Source: the human T2T-CHM13v2.0 reference genome, Homo sapiens. Taken from it: a stretch of 64,000 nt of DNA. The position numbers and the translations under genes were made by a program. Where the stretch lies: assembly GCF_009914755.1 (NCBI RefSeq), contig NC_060925.1, one strand, 5' to 3'. The notes under the pieces are model-generated. The model made no database searches. It was not told where the DNA came from and saw only the letters and a list, made by a program, of their open reading frames with translations. The first letter of the stretch is position 1, and the number at the start of each line of letters is the position of its first letter. Of the stretch, positions 1-13,150 are shown piece by piece.

Positions 1-1044
1 GGGCTGCACTTTGCTTGGCCTTTCCCCAAATTCTTTCTCTTACTTTTCTCAGTTCAGGAGACATAGCACCGCGGACACATACCCTTTTAGCCTGTGAAGG
101 AGAACTTTTTCCCTCCATCTGTTTCCCCTCCTTCCGTAGTCTATTTTTCCACTACTTTCAATTATATCAACCCCCCTATAGTAAGCACATAGGAGAGAAT
201 ATGCCAGAGACATATGGATGCTTTGATGTATGGGTAACATGCCACGTTTTTAGACTGGCAATAAAAAAACATGTGTGGAGGCTCTTCCCTGACAAGTGGC
301 AAACTACCCATCCTTCCTAGCAGGAAGCCTAGGCCGAGGTCGTGGTTTAAAACTCAGGAAGGACATCTGTGAAGGCAGAGCTCAAAAAGCAGATGGTTTT
401 TTGAGTTGCTGGGAGACTGCGTTGATTATTTATTAGGTAAAAAAGTATATATTTATATATGTGGAAATGGTCAGTTTTAAAAAAATTTATTAACAGCAGC
501 AAGTATACACCATGCTCTGCAATTTGAATAAATAATTGAGCTTGACATTTTCTTCAGGGTACTTGTATCTTCTTAGGTCCTTTGTTCACCTCATGCTTGG
601 TCAGGGAATTTGGGTAATAGATGAAGATCTGAATCAAGAGAGAAATGCCAACATCTCCAAAAGTTTTTAAATTTTTTTATTATTTATTTTAATGGCAGTG
701 GACAAAAAGAAATTCAAGATGGCACTCAATGCCATCTGTTTCCACATAAATGTCAGGTCAGGGTCCAAATGGCTTATTTTTAACAGTGCAAATTGTTGAC
801 CTGTCTCCAGAGAACCAGAGTTTTCATCGGAATTCTCAGGAGCGGGGCTTAAGGAGGGGGAGGGAGAGAGGAAGACTGGATGTCCTTGGCAGCTGAGCTA
901 CCACGCCAATTTAGACTTTGGAAGCCTTAGGCAATTAGCAGATCATCGTGCCATCTGCAGGCATTAATTGGCTTCCCTGGCCACCTGCTGCTGAAGGTTC
1001 GCTTTATTTGACAAGTGGCAAATGAGACTAGGTTAAAGAACAGT

Positions 1045-2320
1045 GATGACTATTACTAGCTTCTCATTTACTGAGTGTCTACAGCAGGCCAGCTATTGTA
1101 CACAACTTTTGTCTAAGCTTTGTAACAAGATTTAGCATTGTTATTACAGTGTTGTATAGCAATGTAGGCATTACCATCATGCCCATTTTTATTTATTTCT
1201 GAATTCTTTCAAAAATGCTTTATTTTAATAGTTTTGGGGGCAGAAGTGGGTTTTGGTTACAGGGATGAATTATATAGTGGTGAATTCTGAGATTTTAGTG
1301 CACCGTTCACCTTAGTGTTCGTTGTACCTAATGTATAGTTTTTTTATTCCTAGCCCCCTCCCGTCCTTCCACTTCTGTTTCTCTAAAGTCCATCATATCA
1401 CTGTATGCCTTTGTGTATTCATAGCTTAGATCCCACTTATAAGTGAGAGCAAAAGGTTTTTGGTTTTCCACTCCTGGGTTACTTCACTTAGAATAATGGC
1501 CTCCAGCTCCATCCAAGTTGCTGCAAAAGATATTTCATTCCTTTTAATGGCTGAGTAGTATTCCATGATGTATATATACCACATTTTCTTTATCCACTCA
1601 TTAGTAGATAGGCACTTAGGTTGGTTTCACACCTTTGCAACTGTGAATTGTGCTGCTATAAACATGCATGTGCATGTGTCTTTTTCATAAAATGACTTCT
1701 TATCCTTTGGGTAGATATGCAGTAGTGGGATTGCTGGATCAAATGGTAGATCTACTTTTTAGTTCTTCAAGGAATTTTCATACTGTTTTCCATAGAGTGT
1801 AGTAACTATTCACATTCCCGCCAGCAGTGCATAAGTGTTCCCTTTTCCCCATATCCATGCCAACATCTATTGTTTTTCTACTTTTTACTAACGACCATTT
1901 GTCATTAGGAGTAATGTGGTTTCTCATTGTGGTTTTAATTTGCACTTCTCTGATGATTAGTGATGTGAGCATTTTCTTCATATGTTTTTGGCCATTTGTA
2001 TATCTTCTTTTGAGAAATGTCTATTCATGTTTTATGCCAACTTTTTAGTGGGATTATTTGTTTTCTTATTGGTGAATTGTTTGAGTTCCTTATAGATTCT
2101 TTATGCTAGTCCTTTGTTGGATGCATAGTTTTCAAATATTTTTCCCATTCTGTGGATTGTTTGTTTACTCTGCTGATTATTTCTTTTGCTGTCATGCCCA
2201 TTTTTAGATGAGAAAACTGAGGCTCAGAAAGTGACTTGTCCAAGACTATGTGGCTAATGAGTAACAAAACTGGGATGAGTGCACCAGTCTACTTTTTCTA
2301 CCCTGACACATTGCCACTGT
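1045..2320 (-). mobile_element. MIR SINE split by an L1PB insertion (pieces ~1045-1191 and ~2192-2320)
   Basis: MIR core resumes after the L1 as CCCATTTTTAGATGAGAAAACTGAGGCTCAGAAAGTGACTTGTCCAAG. Confidence 0.75.
1192..2191 (-). mobile_element. 5'-truncated L1PB-type LINE-1 (3' UTR and end of ORF2) with 15-bp TSD
   Basis: L1PB-like 3' UTR (GAATTATATAGTGGTGAATTCTGAGATTTTAGTGCACC); ORF 1778-1981 resembles the ORF2 C-terminus (LIIREVQIKTTMR); TSD TCATGCCCATTTTTA at 1177-1191 and 2192-2206. Confidence 0.9.
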
Positions 2321-2589
2321 AAATAAGCTGAATGACCTGTGCATTATTCACTATTTTAACAGTGCATGAAATAATTAAAAGTCCTGTTTTTTTTTATTCT
2401 CCAAAGTTTTCAGACCTTATGGAAACAAGATCCACTTTTATAAGTATAGTATAGGAATATTTACATACAATAGAGACAATTGCCAAGTCGCAGAGTCTAA
2501 CAACACAGGCACTGGCAGAAGCGACACAGAGCATAGGATGAATAAAACTCATTGGGTCTTGGGAACTGAAAGCCATGTGGTCACACCCA

Positions 2590-2710
2590 CAACATGTAAA
2601 TTCTATAAGGGCAGGGACCTCGTCTTATTCACTAATGTAAAATGATGTAATATATACAGCAGATGTTCAAAAATTAATTATTAAATGAATGAGTATATGA
2701 ATATAGATGA
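2590..2710 (+). mobile_element. L2 3'-end fragment
   Basis: TAAGGGCAGGGACCTCGTCTTATTCACT...AAATGAATGAG, a typical L2 tail. Confidence 0.6.
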
Positions 2711-2974
2711 TCTCCTAGCTGATTCTTCAGTTGCCTTGATAGCATTTTGTTTGCATGAGTAACATTTACTACAGTGTCGACCTAGTGCTCAGTCTTTCTG
2801 TGTTTGTGGTACACTCCAGAATACTAGAATATTTGGCTGTACACTTGAGGGGATTGAATGTTTTAAAACCACATTTGATGAGCTAGTAATAATTACTACA
2901 CAATTACTACTATAGTACACCCAAAACAGTGTTTGAATAAGCATCCACAATTTCTGGATACTTCACTTACTCAA

Positions 2975-3420
2975 TATGCAGACATTCTTGGTTACACACT
3001 TTTCTGGTGCAACTCATCTCCCATCTCCCAAAAATTCCAGACACTTGTTTTCCTTGAACAAGTGGCCTTGAAACTAGGACGTGGCCATATGGTTCAATAT
3101 TGGCAAATGATATGTTAGGGAAATGTGACTCCATAGAAGACACTCATGGCACATTGTTTGCTAAACATTACCATGTTTACCTGGGACTATGGCAGCCATT
3201 CTGTAGCCATGAAGATAGATGCTTAAGGACTAAGTCAATGTGCTTAGGTTTAAAAATTGAAAAAGTGGAATGAACCAGGGATTTAAGGACATAATTGAGC
3301 TGCTGAACCAATATTGGAATTGCCTTCCTCAAGGCATTTTGTTATGGAAGATAATAAATGTTCTTATATTTTATCCCTTCTAGTTGGGTGTGCTGTCAAT
3401 AACAGACAAAAAGTACCCTT
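2975..3420 (+). mobile_element. Old MaLR LTR (MLT1J/K-like)
   Basis: GGCAGCCATTCTGTAGCCATGA, TTGAGCTGCTGAACCAA and GATAATAAATGTTCTTAT motifs in the expected order. Confidence 0.65.
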
Positions 3421-3829
3421 GGGTACTTTTGCTGTTTAAACAGAACTATTTGTGGCCCAGTAACGTTTTCTTATGTGACATTTTCCAGTAATATGTGATT
3501 TTTCTTTGGTGCAAACTTGACATTGTTCCTTCTTTATACAATATTGTCTCTCTATTCAGCTCAGTGATTTAGCTGATGAACATAGCTGTTGGAGTACTTA
3601 TGTTCAGTGTAGCAAACATTCCTATTGTCCATTGTTCACAATGGGACAGTGTACCTTTGAAGCGCGAGACATATATCAGTGTGTCATTGCAGACTGATTG
3701 AGAAATACTGCTGTGTTGAAATGCTCTGCTTCAGTCTTCTCTTCCATAGATTGCATTTTCCTAGAGGGCTGGAGGATAACTTATTGACCATTGCATCCCC
3801 AGGGCCTAGCCAAGAACCCACTGTGTAAT

Positions 3830-3995
3830 CACAATACTGACCAATATGTATTCAGTGTTTATTTTGGGTCAGGCACAGTTTTTAACCATCTTGGATGTAT
3901 TAATTCACTTAACTTTACAACATCCAAAGGGCTGTTGACCCAGGATGTGAACGAGGCAGAATGGCTCAGAGCTCATTCTTGAGCCATTATACTTC
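3830..3995 (-). mobile_element. MIR fragment
   Basis: Degenerate MIR 3' and 5' parts (TATTCAGTGTTTATTTTGGGTCAGGCAC...CAGAGCTCATTCTTGAGCC). Confidence 0.5.
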
Positions 3996-6900
3996 ACCTC
4001 TCACTAATAAAAGCTCCCCAGTAAATCTTTGCTGAATTAAGCACACTGACATGGCTCCTTCACGTCATGCTCTCCATGTAATAGGCACTTGCTAAATATT
4101 TGTTGGTTGGAGTCCAGTCCCTGCTCGATTACTCAGGATAAACCAGAGAAGAGTCTCTGGAGAGCCTGTGCTTTGAGCAGGGCTCTGAAGGAGACAGCTG
4201 CTCCTGGGCATACTGGAGCCATTTCCTTCAGGGTCACCAGCTCAGGTTCAGCCCGGGTCCTGACTCAGCAGACTGGGATAACTGTGGCAAACCAGGGGGA
4301 ATAAGTGGTGACTTTACCCTAGAGCCTAATGCCTAATGGAAAAAAAACATCTTTTGGCAAATCTAACTTCTCTGCTGGCAGCCTGATCAGAGGGCAATAA
4401 GAAATAGACAGTTTTCCCTGTTGCCTAGGGTTGGGATTTCTTTAAATTCAACTGAAGTGTGCTCTCACCTTTTTTGTCTATGCCAGAAGGCTGGGAGAGA
4501 GCTATGGGTGAGAGAGAAGAATAGGAGAGACTCTCTCCTAGTGTACCCTACTCATAGCATCAATGGGGAAGGTGGCAGGGGCTGTGTGTTCATACTACAG
4601 CAACATAAGGGCAGAGTTAGGGATGGAGAAGCAAGGGCTTTATTCATTTTGTTTTTGGTACTATATTTTGTATAATACTAATTAAATGTCATACATGGGG
4701 GCTGAATTTTAGGAGCTTATTATACAAGGCAGATAATGACACAAGGAGGATAATGACACAAGGTACTTTAAAACACCTATAGGAAAGATAGATATACTAT
4801 ATTTAGTTGGAGAGTATTTATTAGAAATAAGATGGAGGAGGTCACACAATGGTCAGTGGTTGACTGAGATGGAGAAAACTTGTTGCTAAAATAATACATA
4901 TTTTTACTCCTACCTCCCCATGTCTGACAAATAGAAGTTGTCTTGTACATTCTTATTTTTGTCCTTGGAGGGTGGGTGGCATGCGTCCTGTCATATGGTT
5001 GCACAAGTCAACAAGATGTCCCTTCTATGGTTTGAACATAGGGATGAGTAAGCCCCAAAGGGGTCCTATTATTCCCTCTCCATTTATTATGACCTCCTTA
5101 GTGCCAAACAGCTTTGATAGCTCTTCCATTTTATACATTACTGGAATGATTTAACACCTTTGAAATATGTGACAGTGGATCTAGCCACAAGTGACAACCC
5201 CCTGAGCTGGTAAGTGATTGCACTCGTAGCACTTGAGTGGTTGGGGCTGTTTTTCCAGGACGAACAGTACATTTCTATTTCCAACGCACCGTCCAGGCAA
5301 CCCCCCAGTGGGGACTGTGTAGGCACAGGTGATTCCAGGTGCTGACCGGCAGCCCTGCTTGTGACCTTCCCTGCTGGGCTATTGTTTCCTCCCCCATGTG
5401 ACCACAGCCTCTTTCTGTCTGAAGCTGATAACAAGACCATAAATCTCCCTTCTGGCTGCAACATGGCACCTGAAACCTCAGCCCAGGCTTGATGTGAGAA
5501 AACAAGATAAGACATTATGATGGGGTATTTTCAAGTTATCCAAGGAGGTACCAGGAAATCTTGGTAGGTTGCAGGCAGCGATAGCATTCCTCAAGGCACT
5601 GTCTATCCTGCCAGGTAGATCTCTGTGTGAGATGAATGGCATTATTTGTTGATAGCATCTACCTGCTGGCACTGCATTGGCTTTCTAAGCTTGTCAGCAG
5701 GTTTGTGGATGCTTCTTCCTGAAATAATATCAGGCAGAATCAGAGAACTTGCATGAACCTGTGCTGGCCTTGCAGAGAGCTGGGGGACTGATGGGTTGCT
5801 ACTACCTACAAGATGCAGTCCAGATGTCTTGACCCAGTCTCTAAGGACCCTCGCCATCTGGCCTCTTTCTACCATATTCAGAGGAAAAACTTCTAGCAGC
5901 CAGGGCTCTCTTTAATGGTGTTGGCTGTCTTTGATGGCTGAGTTGTTCAGGTAGAAGTCAGTTGCTTATTTTTCAGGGTAGTGCTGGGAATTCATGGCAA
6001 AGAAGGGGGTGTTGAACTGGAAAAGTAGTCAGAGGCTTTTCTGTTGTGAGATTTCATGACCTAATTCTACAGCTGTATAAATCTTGAGGCCTTCATTAGC
6101 CTTTCTCAATTAGGGTTCAGTGAGACAACTAAGCCCTGATGTGTAGGGCATACATTGTATGCAATGATGCAATTTCTTTCCTATGCATGGAGAATAGTAC
6201 TAAATATGAATAGGACTAATTAGGTACTTTTCTTGAAAGAGAGAAAGTAGTCACTCAGAGCTACTGTTTCTGCTCTGTGTTGTGTATTTCAGAAGAGGAA
6301 CCTTGATTAAGAATGTCATGGTCTTTAGGGGAAAAGGCAAAGCTTTATCAAAAAGAGGAATTGTTACCAAGGATAGAACTTCTTGTAAGAGCCCAGCTGT
6401 ATGGGATGGGTGTAGATAGAGAGAGAGAGAGGAGAGAGTAAAACTATCTTTAACTTGGAGGTTGTCTCAGTCTCTGAAACATAAACACACACACACACGT
6501 AGTCGTAGAGTTTGATGATCCCATTCAATGGCAAAGTATGGTCAGTAGAATAGCCTCCTGGTGGGTTGATTACTGCTGAATGTGACCAGCAAAGATTCAC
6601 TAAACTCCAGGTCATGGCATCTTCTCATGTTAATACTTACTGTTTATTCCTTCTGCCCACTGTGGGTCTAGCCCATCATGACAAATAGTACGTTGACCTT
6701 CAGAAAGGGAAGCTCATGGCATGCCTCCCAGCAGGGCTGAACCTTGAAGTTATTTGACATCTTCATCTCAACTAGGTGAAGCCCGCAAAAGTAGTGTCAA
6801 AGGGGAACACACCCAGAATGCTTTGGGAGATTATGATCAACACTCCTGATCCTTTGCAGCTGGGCTCATCATCTGTGCATTTCACAATAAAATTTTATGA

Positions 6901-7254
6901 TGCATCCAGACACCCAGCTGCTTGTGTTCACAGGACAGCATTTCCTCTGCTACACCATCAGATCTGCCGCACCTGGGGCTCATTTTCCTTTTCCACCAAC
7001 CTCTTTCAAATGGCAACGAAATTTCGTTATCACACAGCTCCTAGGAGAGAATTTGAAGAATGCCATATCCAAGAAAATATTCTACAGAGGAAACTTCATT
7101 TTATTAGACAAGAAGAAACTGTCCCATGGTACCCAAAAAACAGCAGAGCTAAGTTGGAACTCTGGGAAGCATTTTAGAAAGGGCCAACAATCGTTTTGTT
7201 AAGCACAAAAACCCCAAAACATTTCTAGTGGGCAGAGTGCCCTAGCTTCTTAGA

Positions 7255-7475
7255 CAAGGTAGCATAGTGAGCAACAGAGTGGACTTTGAAATGAGACAGG
7301 CTTGGCTTCATAGCTCAGCTCACTACTTATTCTGAACTTGTTTTTTTCATTTGTAGAATAGAGATAACTATACATACCTGCAGCCTTGTGACAATTGACC
7401 AAGAGACTGCATATAAAGAACCTAGCACAGTGCTGGGCACATACTAATGCTTGTTAGATTGTGACTATTGGTATT
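7255..7475 (+). mobile_element. MIR SINE
   Basis: TCATTTGTAGAATAGAGATAACTATACATACCT...CCTAGCACAGTGCTGGGCACATACTAATGCT. Confidence 0.75.
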
Positions 7476-7769
7476 ATGTATTGGATGGTTATGCTGTATT
7501 CTAAGAATGAAAAACTAAAGGTTATCTAGTCTAACTTTATACTATGTACATGGCATCTCTTCCTAATGAAGAATTCTTGAAGTGAAGGACTGATATTTTT
7601 GCAATGGGAGCATGCACAGTGGCCTTAATCAAAACATGTCACCCTGCCAATATAAAGATACAGTCCTGCCCCAGATCATCTCATAAATTCCAAGAGTTGC
7701 TGTTTCCCAGCAGCTCCAACTAATAGCCTTTCTTCTTTTACAGAGGTAGAAGGAGGTAAATTTTTTTCC

Positions 7770-8455
7770 TTTTAAAAATTTTTGATTTTTAATTATACAA
7801 GGTGTACATGAATATTTTCTCCTTGAAAAAAAAACAAGATATTATACAAAGCAAGACTATAATCTCCCAATACCTTCAGTTCTTCCCCCCTCTTGCTTTT
7901 CCTCTGCCCTCAAACCCAAGTTGAAAATTGTTGATAGATTAGTGTGTATCTGTCTGCACATCTTCCTTTTGATTTACATGTCTGGTGTTGTGCTCTTTGC
8001 AAGTGTTCAGGGTTTTTGTGTGTGTGTGCATGTGTGTGTTATGTGTTTTAAGCAAATTGGCTTACAGTAGAATGTGTTATTTGTACTTTTTAAAAAAACT
8101 TAATGTGCCTTAGAAATCTAGCCACCTTAGTACATAGTGGTTACTTTCATTTCAACTGCTGCATGCGACAAGTATTCCTAAGTATGAGTATATACGTTTA
8201 TTTTACCATTCTCAGTTGATGGGCACTTAGTTTGTTTCCAATCTTTCAGTATTATAAACATCACAGTAACCAACCTTCTACATGCTTTCTTACCTTTATT
8301 ATGATCTTATTCACTTGCATGTTTTCCAGGGGAGAAATAGAATTACTAGGTTATATAATAAGATCATTTGAAATTCTAAGAGCTGTGGTAAAATTATTCT
8401 CCAAAATTGCTCTACCAATTTTACTCTCATTGGCAGTATGAGTGTCTGAATCTTC
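7770..8455 (-). mobile_element. Ancient L1ME-type 3' fragment
   Basis: TTGATGGGCACTTAGTTTGTTTCCAATC...CCAATTTTACTCTCATTGGCAGTATG, antisense L1 3' region. Confidence 0.65.
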
Positions 8456-9114
8456 TTTTATTCATATTTAAAAGGAAATGTAGCTTAAATCAGGTTTAGA
8501 ATTAAGCTATGCAGAAGTTACAGCCATTGTGGACCCAACTGCAGGCATTTCTCTGGAACCCACTGTTGATCTGCTGACTTATTATCAGTGTATTGGATGA
8601 CAATTGGAAGTCTTATTGGCTGACTGTGGCAGGAATGAGGATATAATAAACAAAATCCTTCCTCAGCTCCAGACTGTCTGAACCCACAACATTCTCAAGT
8701 TTTGCAACTGTGTTTTGGTGGAAACCAAACCTTGGCAGGTGGAAGGGGTGGATGAGTATGTAAAGTAGAATATCATGGGATGTTGACCCAGAATATCATG
8801 GGATGTTGGGGTCTACCTGGGGTGCTAGAGCTGTTTGGGGATTCAGAGAGGCCTTGAAGCCCATGTGCAGAGAGGCCAGTCATCTTGACTTTCATTGATC
8901 TGTGGTAAAACCAAACAAAAATAAGATCAGAAAACAAATGTCTGAGTCATGTAAACATTTGTTACATTTTCTCATCCAGGACGAGAAACCAGTTAGGTTT
9001 GAGTCTGCTGCCTGAACCAAGTATTTTGCACTTTTATTTTCCTCTGCCTGATTCTCCACACAGGAGAGCAGGGATTGCAAAATTCAGATATTCCTGCAGT
9101 TATGCTTCTTCTCA

Positions 9115-9310
9115 TTTCTATTAATTAAGTACTTACTGAGCACCTTCTCCGGTCCAGGCACTGTGACCAGGACTGGAAAACTCAAAGGTGAACAGCATAC
9201 ACACCAGCTGTTACACAGCTACAGTCAAATGGGGTGTGTGTGTGTCAAGATGATGCAGTACAATGTTATGGGTACAATGCATAAGAGAGGTACTTCTCCT
9301 AGGGTGTGGC
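9115..9310 (-). mobile_element. L2 fragment
   Basis: AAGTACTTACTGAGCACCTTCTCCGGTCCAGGCACTGTG, antisense L2 tail. Confidence 0.6.
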
Positions 9311-9369
9311 AGGTCACTGTCCCCTGTCCCTGTCCACTGTCCCCTGTCAAATTCAAAAAATTTGAATAT

Positions 9370-9524
9370 TTCTTTTTGTTAATTGTATACATTTAAGGGC
9401 TACAAGTAGAGCTTTGTTTCATGGATATATTGTGTAGTGTGAAGTGGGGGCTTTTTGTGTAACCATCACCTAAATAATGTATGCTGTACCCATTAAGTAA
9501 TTTTTCATCCCTCAACTCCCCCAT
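9370..9524 (-). mobile_element. Very short L1MA 3'-tip insertion with 11-bp TSD
   Basis: ATGGATATATTGTGTAGTG...GTAACCATCACC...GTACCCATTAAGTAATTT; AATTTGAATAT at 9359-9369 and 9525-9535. Confidence 0.75.
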
Positions 9525-10206
9525 AATTTGAATATGTCTATCCAGTGTTTATAACAATGTATTAGAGCTGAAGCCCTCTCAACCTCTGACCCAGTAAAGT
9601 ACTGTACCTTGGAGAAGAGAGGCAATGGGATTTTGGAGGAGATTCAGTTCTCCTATAAATATAGTTAGCAATAACATCTCACTTGGAGCCTGGACAGAAA
9701 ACTTTCAGAGGGGTATTGGCAGTTGTCATGGCTCTTTCTATCCTGAGGAGACTCAAAAGGTATCTCTGGCTAGGGCCATATTCAGAAGGGCCACAGTTCC
9801 CATTTGAGAAAACTTTCCTGTACTATCATTTCATTGCTGGAGATGCAGGCCCTGCTGAAAGAGTTGTAATTCCCTCCTAGGTCAGAACAGGAACCCTGGG
9901 TTCTCTTGGAAATACCAAGAGTGACTGAATTGTAAAGGTCAGCCAAAAGAGAACACTAGCCCAAGAGAGTCCCTGTGTCCATGGGGCTGGGGGTGGGGGG
10001 AAAGGGTGGGAGGTTGCTATGTTCTTTTCAGCATATAGGAGCAGGCAGAGCAACTTGGCAGCATAAAATCAGGGAGATACTGAGCACTGCTGTGAAGGAG
10101 GTGAAACACGGTGAGTGCCTCTTGATGTGTGAACTACCTGGAACAAAGTTAAACAAGCATTTCATTAAAACACCAGAGAAAGGAGTACTGGGAAAAGGGT
10201 CTGGGA

Positions 10207-10417
10207 CAATGGTTCTCAACCAGCGGTAATTTAGCTCCTGAGGACATTTGAAAATGCATAGAGACAGTTTTGGTTGTCATGACTGAGATGGGTGCCAACA
10301 GTATCTAGTGCGTAGAGGCCAGGGATGCTGCCATGCACCCTACATTGCACAGGACAACCCCATACACACAAAGCTTATTCTCCCAAAGTGCCGCTAGTAC
10401 CAAGGTTGAGAAACGTG
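10207..10417. mobile_element. MER20 (hAT-Charlie non-autonomous DNA transposon)
   Basis: Termini CAATGGTTCTCAAC and GTTGAGAAACGTG; internal TAGAGGCCAGGGATGCTGC...TGCACAGGACAACCCC. Confidence 0.85.
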
Positions 10418-10473
10418 GTCTAGTGAGAAGATGGTACATGAATATTTACATTTGTGGTACTAATGATTAGCAA

Positions 10474-10540
10474 TTTGAGATATTTAAAAATTATCAGTTT
10501 GAGATATTAAAAAATCAGTTTGAGATATTTACAAAATTTC
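10474..10540. repeat. Three imperfect copies of a 21-24-bp unit containing TTTGAGATATT
   Basis: Directly visible in the sequence. Confidence 0.75.
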
Positions 10541-10624
10541 TTTCAGTATGAACATATTTGGATAATTTTTTTCTTCTTTCTGTTTCAAAGGTTCTTTTGG
10601 AACCTCTGTCTCCCAGTCCTTTTT

Positions 10625-10981
10625 CTGGCTTAAAAAATGTAAATTTCTTTCTCACAGCTCTAGAGGCTGGGAAGTGTAAGATCAAGGTGCCAGAAAGGCA
10701 GGTTTCATTCTCAGCCCTCTTCTCTTGGCTTGTAGGTGGCCACCATCCCACTGTGGGCTCACATGACCTCTTCTTTGTGTGATCATGGGGAGAAAGAGAG
10801 GGAGCAAGCTCTTTGGTGTTTCTTTTTGTAAGGACACTCATAGCATCATGAGGGTCCTACCCTTATAACCTCATTTAACCCTGATTACCTCCCTAAGGCC
10901 CCATCTCCAAATACCATAACATTGGGGGTTAGGGCTTTAATGTATGAATTTTGGGGGGATATAAATATTCAGTCTATAACA
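10625..10981 (-). mobile_element. MLT1A-family MaLR LTR
   Basis: TCTCACAGCTCTAGAGGCTGGGAAGTGTAAGATCAAGGTGCC...GGCCCCATCTCCAAATACC...ATTCAGTCTATAACA. Confidence 0.85.
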
Positions 10982-10994
10982 GTAACACAAATAT

Positions 10995-11230
10995 ATATTC
11001 TTTTTTTCTTGGTCTAGCATCTTTGAATCAGCATAATTAATTCAAGATTCCTCTATGAACTTGCATATATTAGTAGTTCATTCATTTTTATTGCGGGGCA
11101 ATAGACTATTGTATTCATACAACAATTTGTTTATCCATTCACCTATTGATTGACATTCGGGTTATTTCTAGTGTTTGGCTTTTACAAATAAAGCAGCTAT
11201 AAGCATTTGTGTACATGTCTCTATATGACT
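10995..11230 (-). mobile_element. L1M (MC/ME-type) fragment
   Basis: CAATTTGTTTATCCATTCACCTATTGA...ACAAATAAAGCAGCTATAAGCATTTGTGTAC. Confidence 0.7.
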
Positions 11231-11597
11231 CTTTTTTTCCTAATAAGATTCTAAATTCTTTTATTTTCATACTATCAGGATTTTCATACCATCAGGGTTA
11301 CAAGAATTTAATCCTTGCAATTGGTAAAGAACTACTGTTTAAGAAGTGTGGATGAAAAATACAGAGCATCCTGTCTGAAACATTGTGGTCAGAGTTTGGA
11401 AGACAAATGTCTACCCATTGGGCCATCTAGTGAAGAGATTTTCTTGGGAGTTCAGATCAGCATTATTGTAGAATTTTCACAAAATAATCAGGTTTGTCTT
11501 GTGTTGTGTACATGCCTGTCTCAACTCAAGTGTATGCAGGTATTCAGGCTCTGAAAAAACATTTTTTATAGGCCATTTCTCACCCTCTGCCTCATAT

Positions 11598-12052
11598 TTT
11601 ATTTTAAACACTTTTCCAATATAAATTGAAAGAGTTTTACAGTGAACATCAACTAGATTAATTTGTCTTGTATTTGATTACCACCCATCAATCCAGCTCT
11701 CTGTTCATTCATAAATCCATCTTATATTTTGATATATTCCAAAGTAAGCTTCAGACATCAGTTTACTTTATTCCTACATACCTCACTATGCATCTATTGA
11801 CTAGAATGCAAGGCTTAAGGTCTAGTCTGTTTTAGTCGGAGGGTGAATTTTGCACACAGGCAAAGGCAAAAACATTTAAGTGTGCCATTCGGTGAATTTT
11901 GAAAAATGTATACACCTGTGTAACCGAAGCCCCTGTCAAGGTGTAGCTCATTACCATCACTCCAGCAGATTCCCTCATGCATGTTCTCAGTCTCCGCCTC
12001 CTACAACACTTCTGATTTTTTTCCACCATGGATTAGTTTTGCCTGTTCTTGC
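11598..12052 (-). mobile_element. L1ME-type 3' UTR fragment
   Basis: TGAATTTTGAAAAATGTATACACCTGTGTAACC...GATTAGTTTTGCCTGTTCTTG. Confidence 0.7.
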
Positions 12053-12254
12053 AGGCCATTTTTGACAATGCAAGAGTGAATGCTGTCTCTTGCTCTGAAT
12101 CAGGTTGGCTACACACGTCAGTACCCTTACATGGAAGTCCCTCCCCACTGGGCTCCTCTCAACTCACCACTGCTCTAGAGGTTTCTTTTGGCACCGTCTC
12201 AGAAATCATGGGCTTTGTTTCCTGTCCACAGAGCATTGGCTTTGCATCTATTCT

Positions 12255-12350
12255 TTTCATTTATATTAAAAATTTTTGGTTTTTACTGATAATAATTGTC
12301 TATATTTATGGAATACAATTTAATGTTTTGATACATGTTTACAATGCATA
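12255..12350 (-). mobile_element. L1MA 3'-tip fragment
   Basis: ATAATTGTCTATATTTATGGAATACAATTTAATGTTTTGATACATG. Confidence 0.55.
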
Positions 12351-12814
12351 CATTCTGGCTTTCCACCCTGTTCCCCAACCACCTCCTTCCTATTCCACCT
12401 TCATAGAAGGAGTACAGCCCTTCAGTGGCCTTCTTTGGCCAGATCCATCTCCTCCCTTCTCCTAGCTCCAGTTTCTATTGTTCGAGCCTGGCTCATGTAC
12501 CCAAGAGGACAGTTTGGCAAGCTTGGTCTCAGGGCGTTCTGCATTGCTCCTCTGAGTAGGTTAGGGAAAAAAAATGCCCAGGACAATGCTAGGGCACACA
12601 GGTTTCTGGGGAGGAGAAGCAGCACAGACCTTATTGACTAGATAGGCTTCAAGTCCTCATGCACCTGCCTTCCCTGGCTGTGACTGCCTCTCCCCTATCT
12701 GGAGACTCAGCTCGTTTAAGGCATTGGGACCAATCCTGTCCTTAATCACAGGAAATTTAAAGAGCCCAACTTCTGGACCACCATGACTCAGTATTAGCCA
12801 TCTTTGCTGCTGGA

Positions 12815-13150
12815 CCCCCTCTAACTCTGATTTAATGACTTGGCAAAGTTGCTCTGACTGAACTGTTTCTTCATTTGTACAATAGAGATAATAGCTGTCA
12901 TCATTGTATATATGGTTGAATGTCCAACCTGTGCTTGGTGATGGCATGCATATGAACTCATTAAATCTTCACAATAGCCATGCCATCAGGTACTATTATT
13001 TTACCAGTTTTACAGGTGTAATAGTTGAGGGTTAGAGGTTAAGTCATACCTCTTGTGCTGTGTACCTGACAAGTGGTCATAAGAGTTAAATAAGATAACA
13101 TATATGAAAAGACTTTGTGAACAGTAAATACTCCATAGATATAAGTTGGA
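12815..13150. mobile_element. Cluster of MIR fragments in alternating orientation (+/-/+)
   Basis: TTTCTTCATTTGTACAATAGAGATAATAG (+); AATCTTCACAATAGCC...GTACTATTATTTTACCAGTTTTACAGGTG (-); GAGTTAAATAAGATAACATATATGAAAAG (+). Confidence 0.6.

Noticed and set aside
30-440. Splice-acceptor-like tract (TTCTTTCTCTTACTTTTCTCAG) and ORF 15-320
   Set aside because: No convincing donor or coding signal, and the upstream context lies outside the window.
5100-7200. Possible processed pseudogene or exons in a unique, ORF-dense stretch
   Set aside because: The frames I examined gave no recognisable protein, poly(A)/TSD or consistent splice pattern; a BLASTX search would be needed to exclude it fully.
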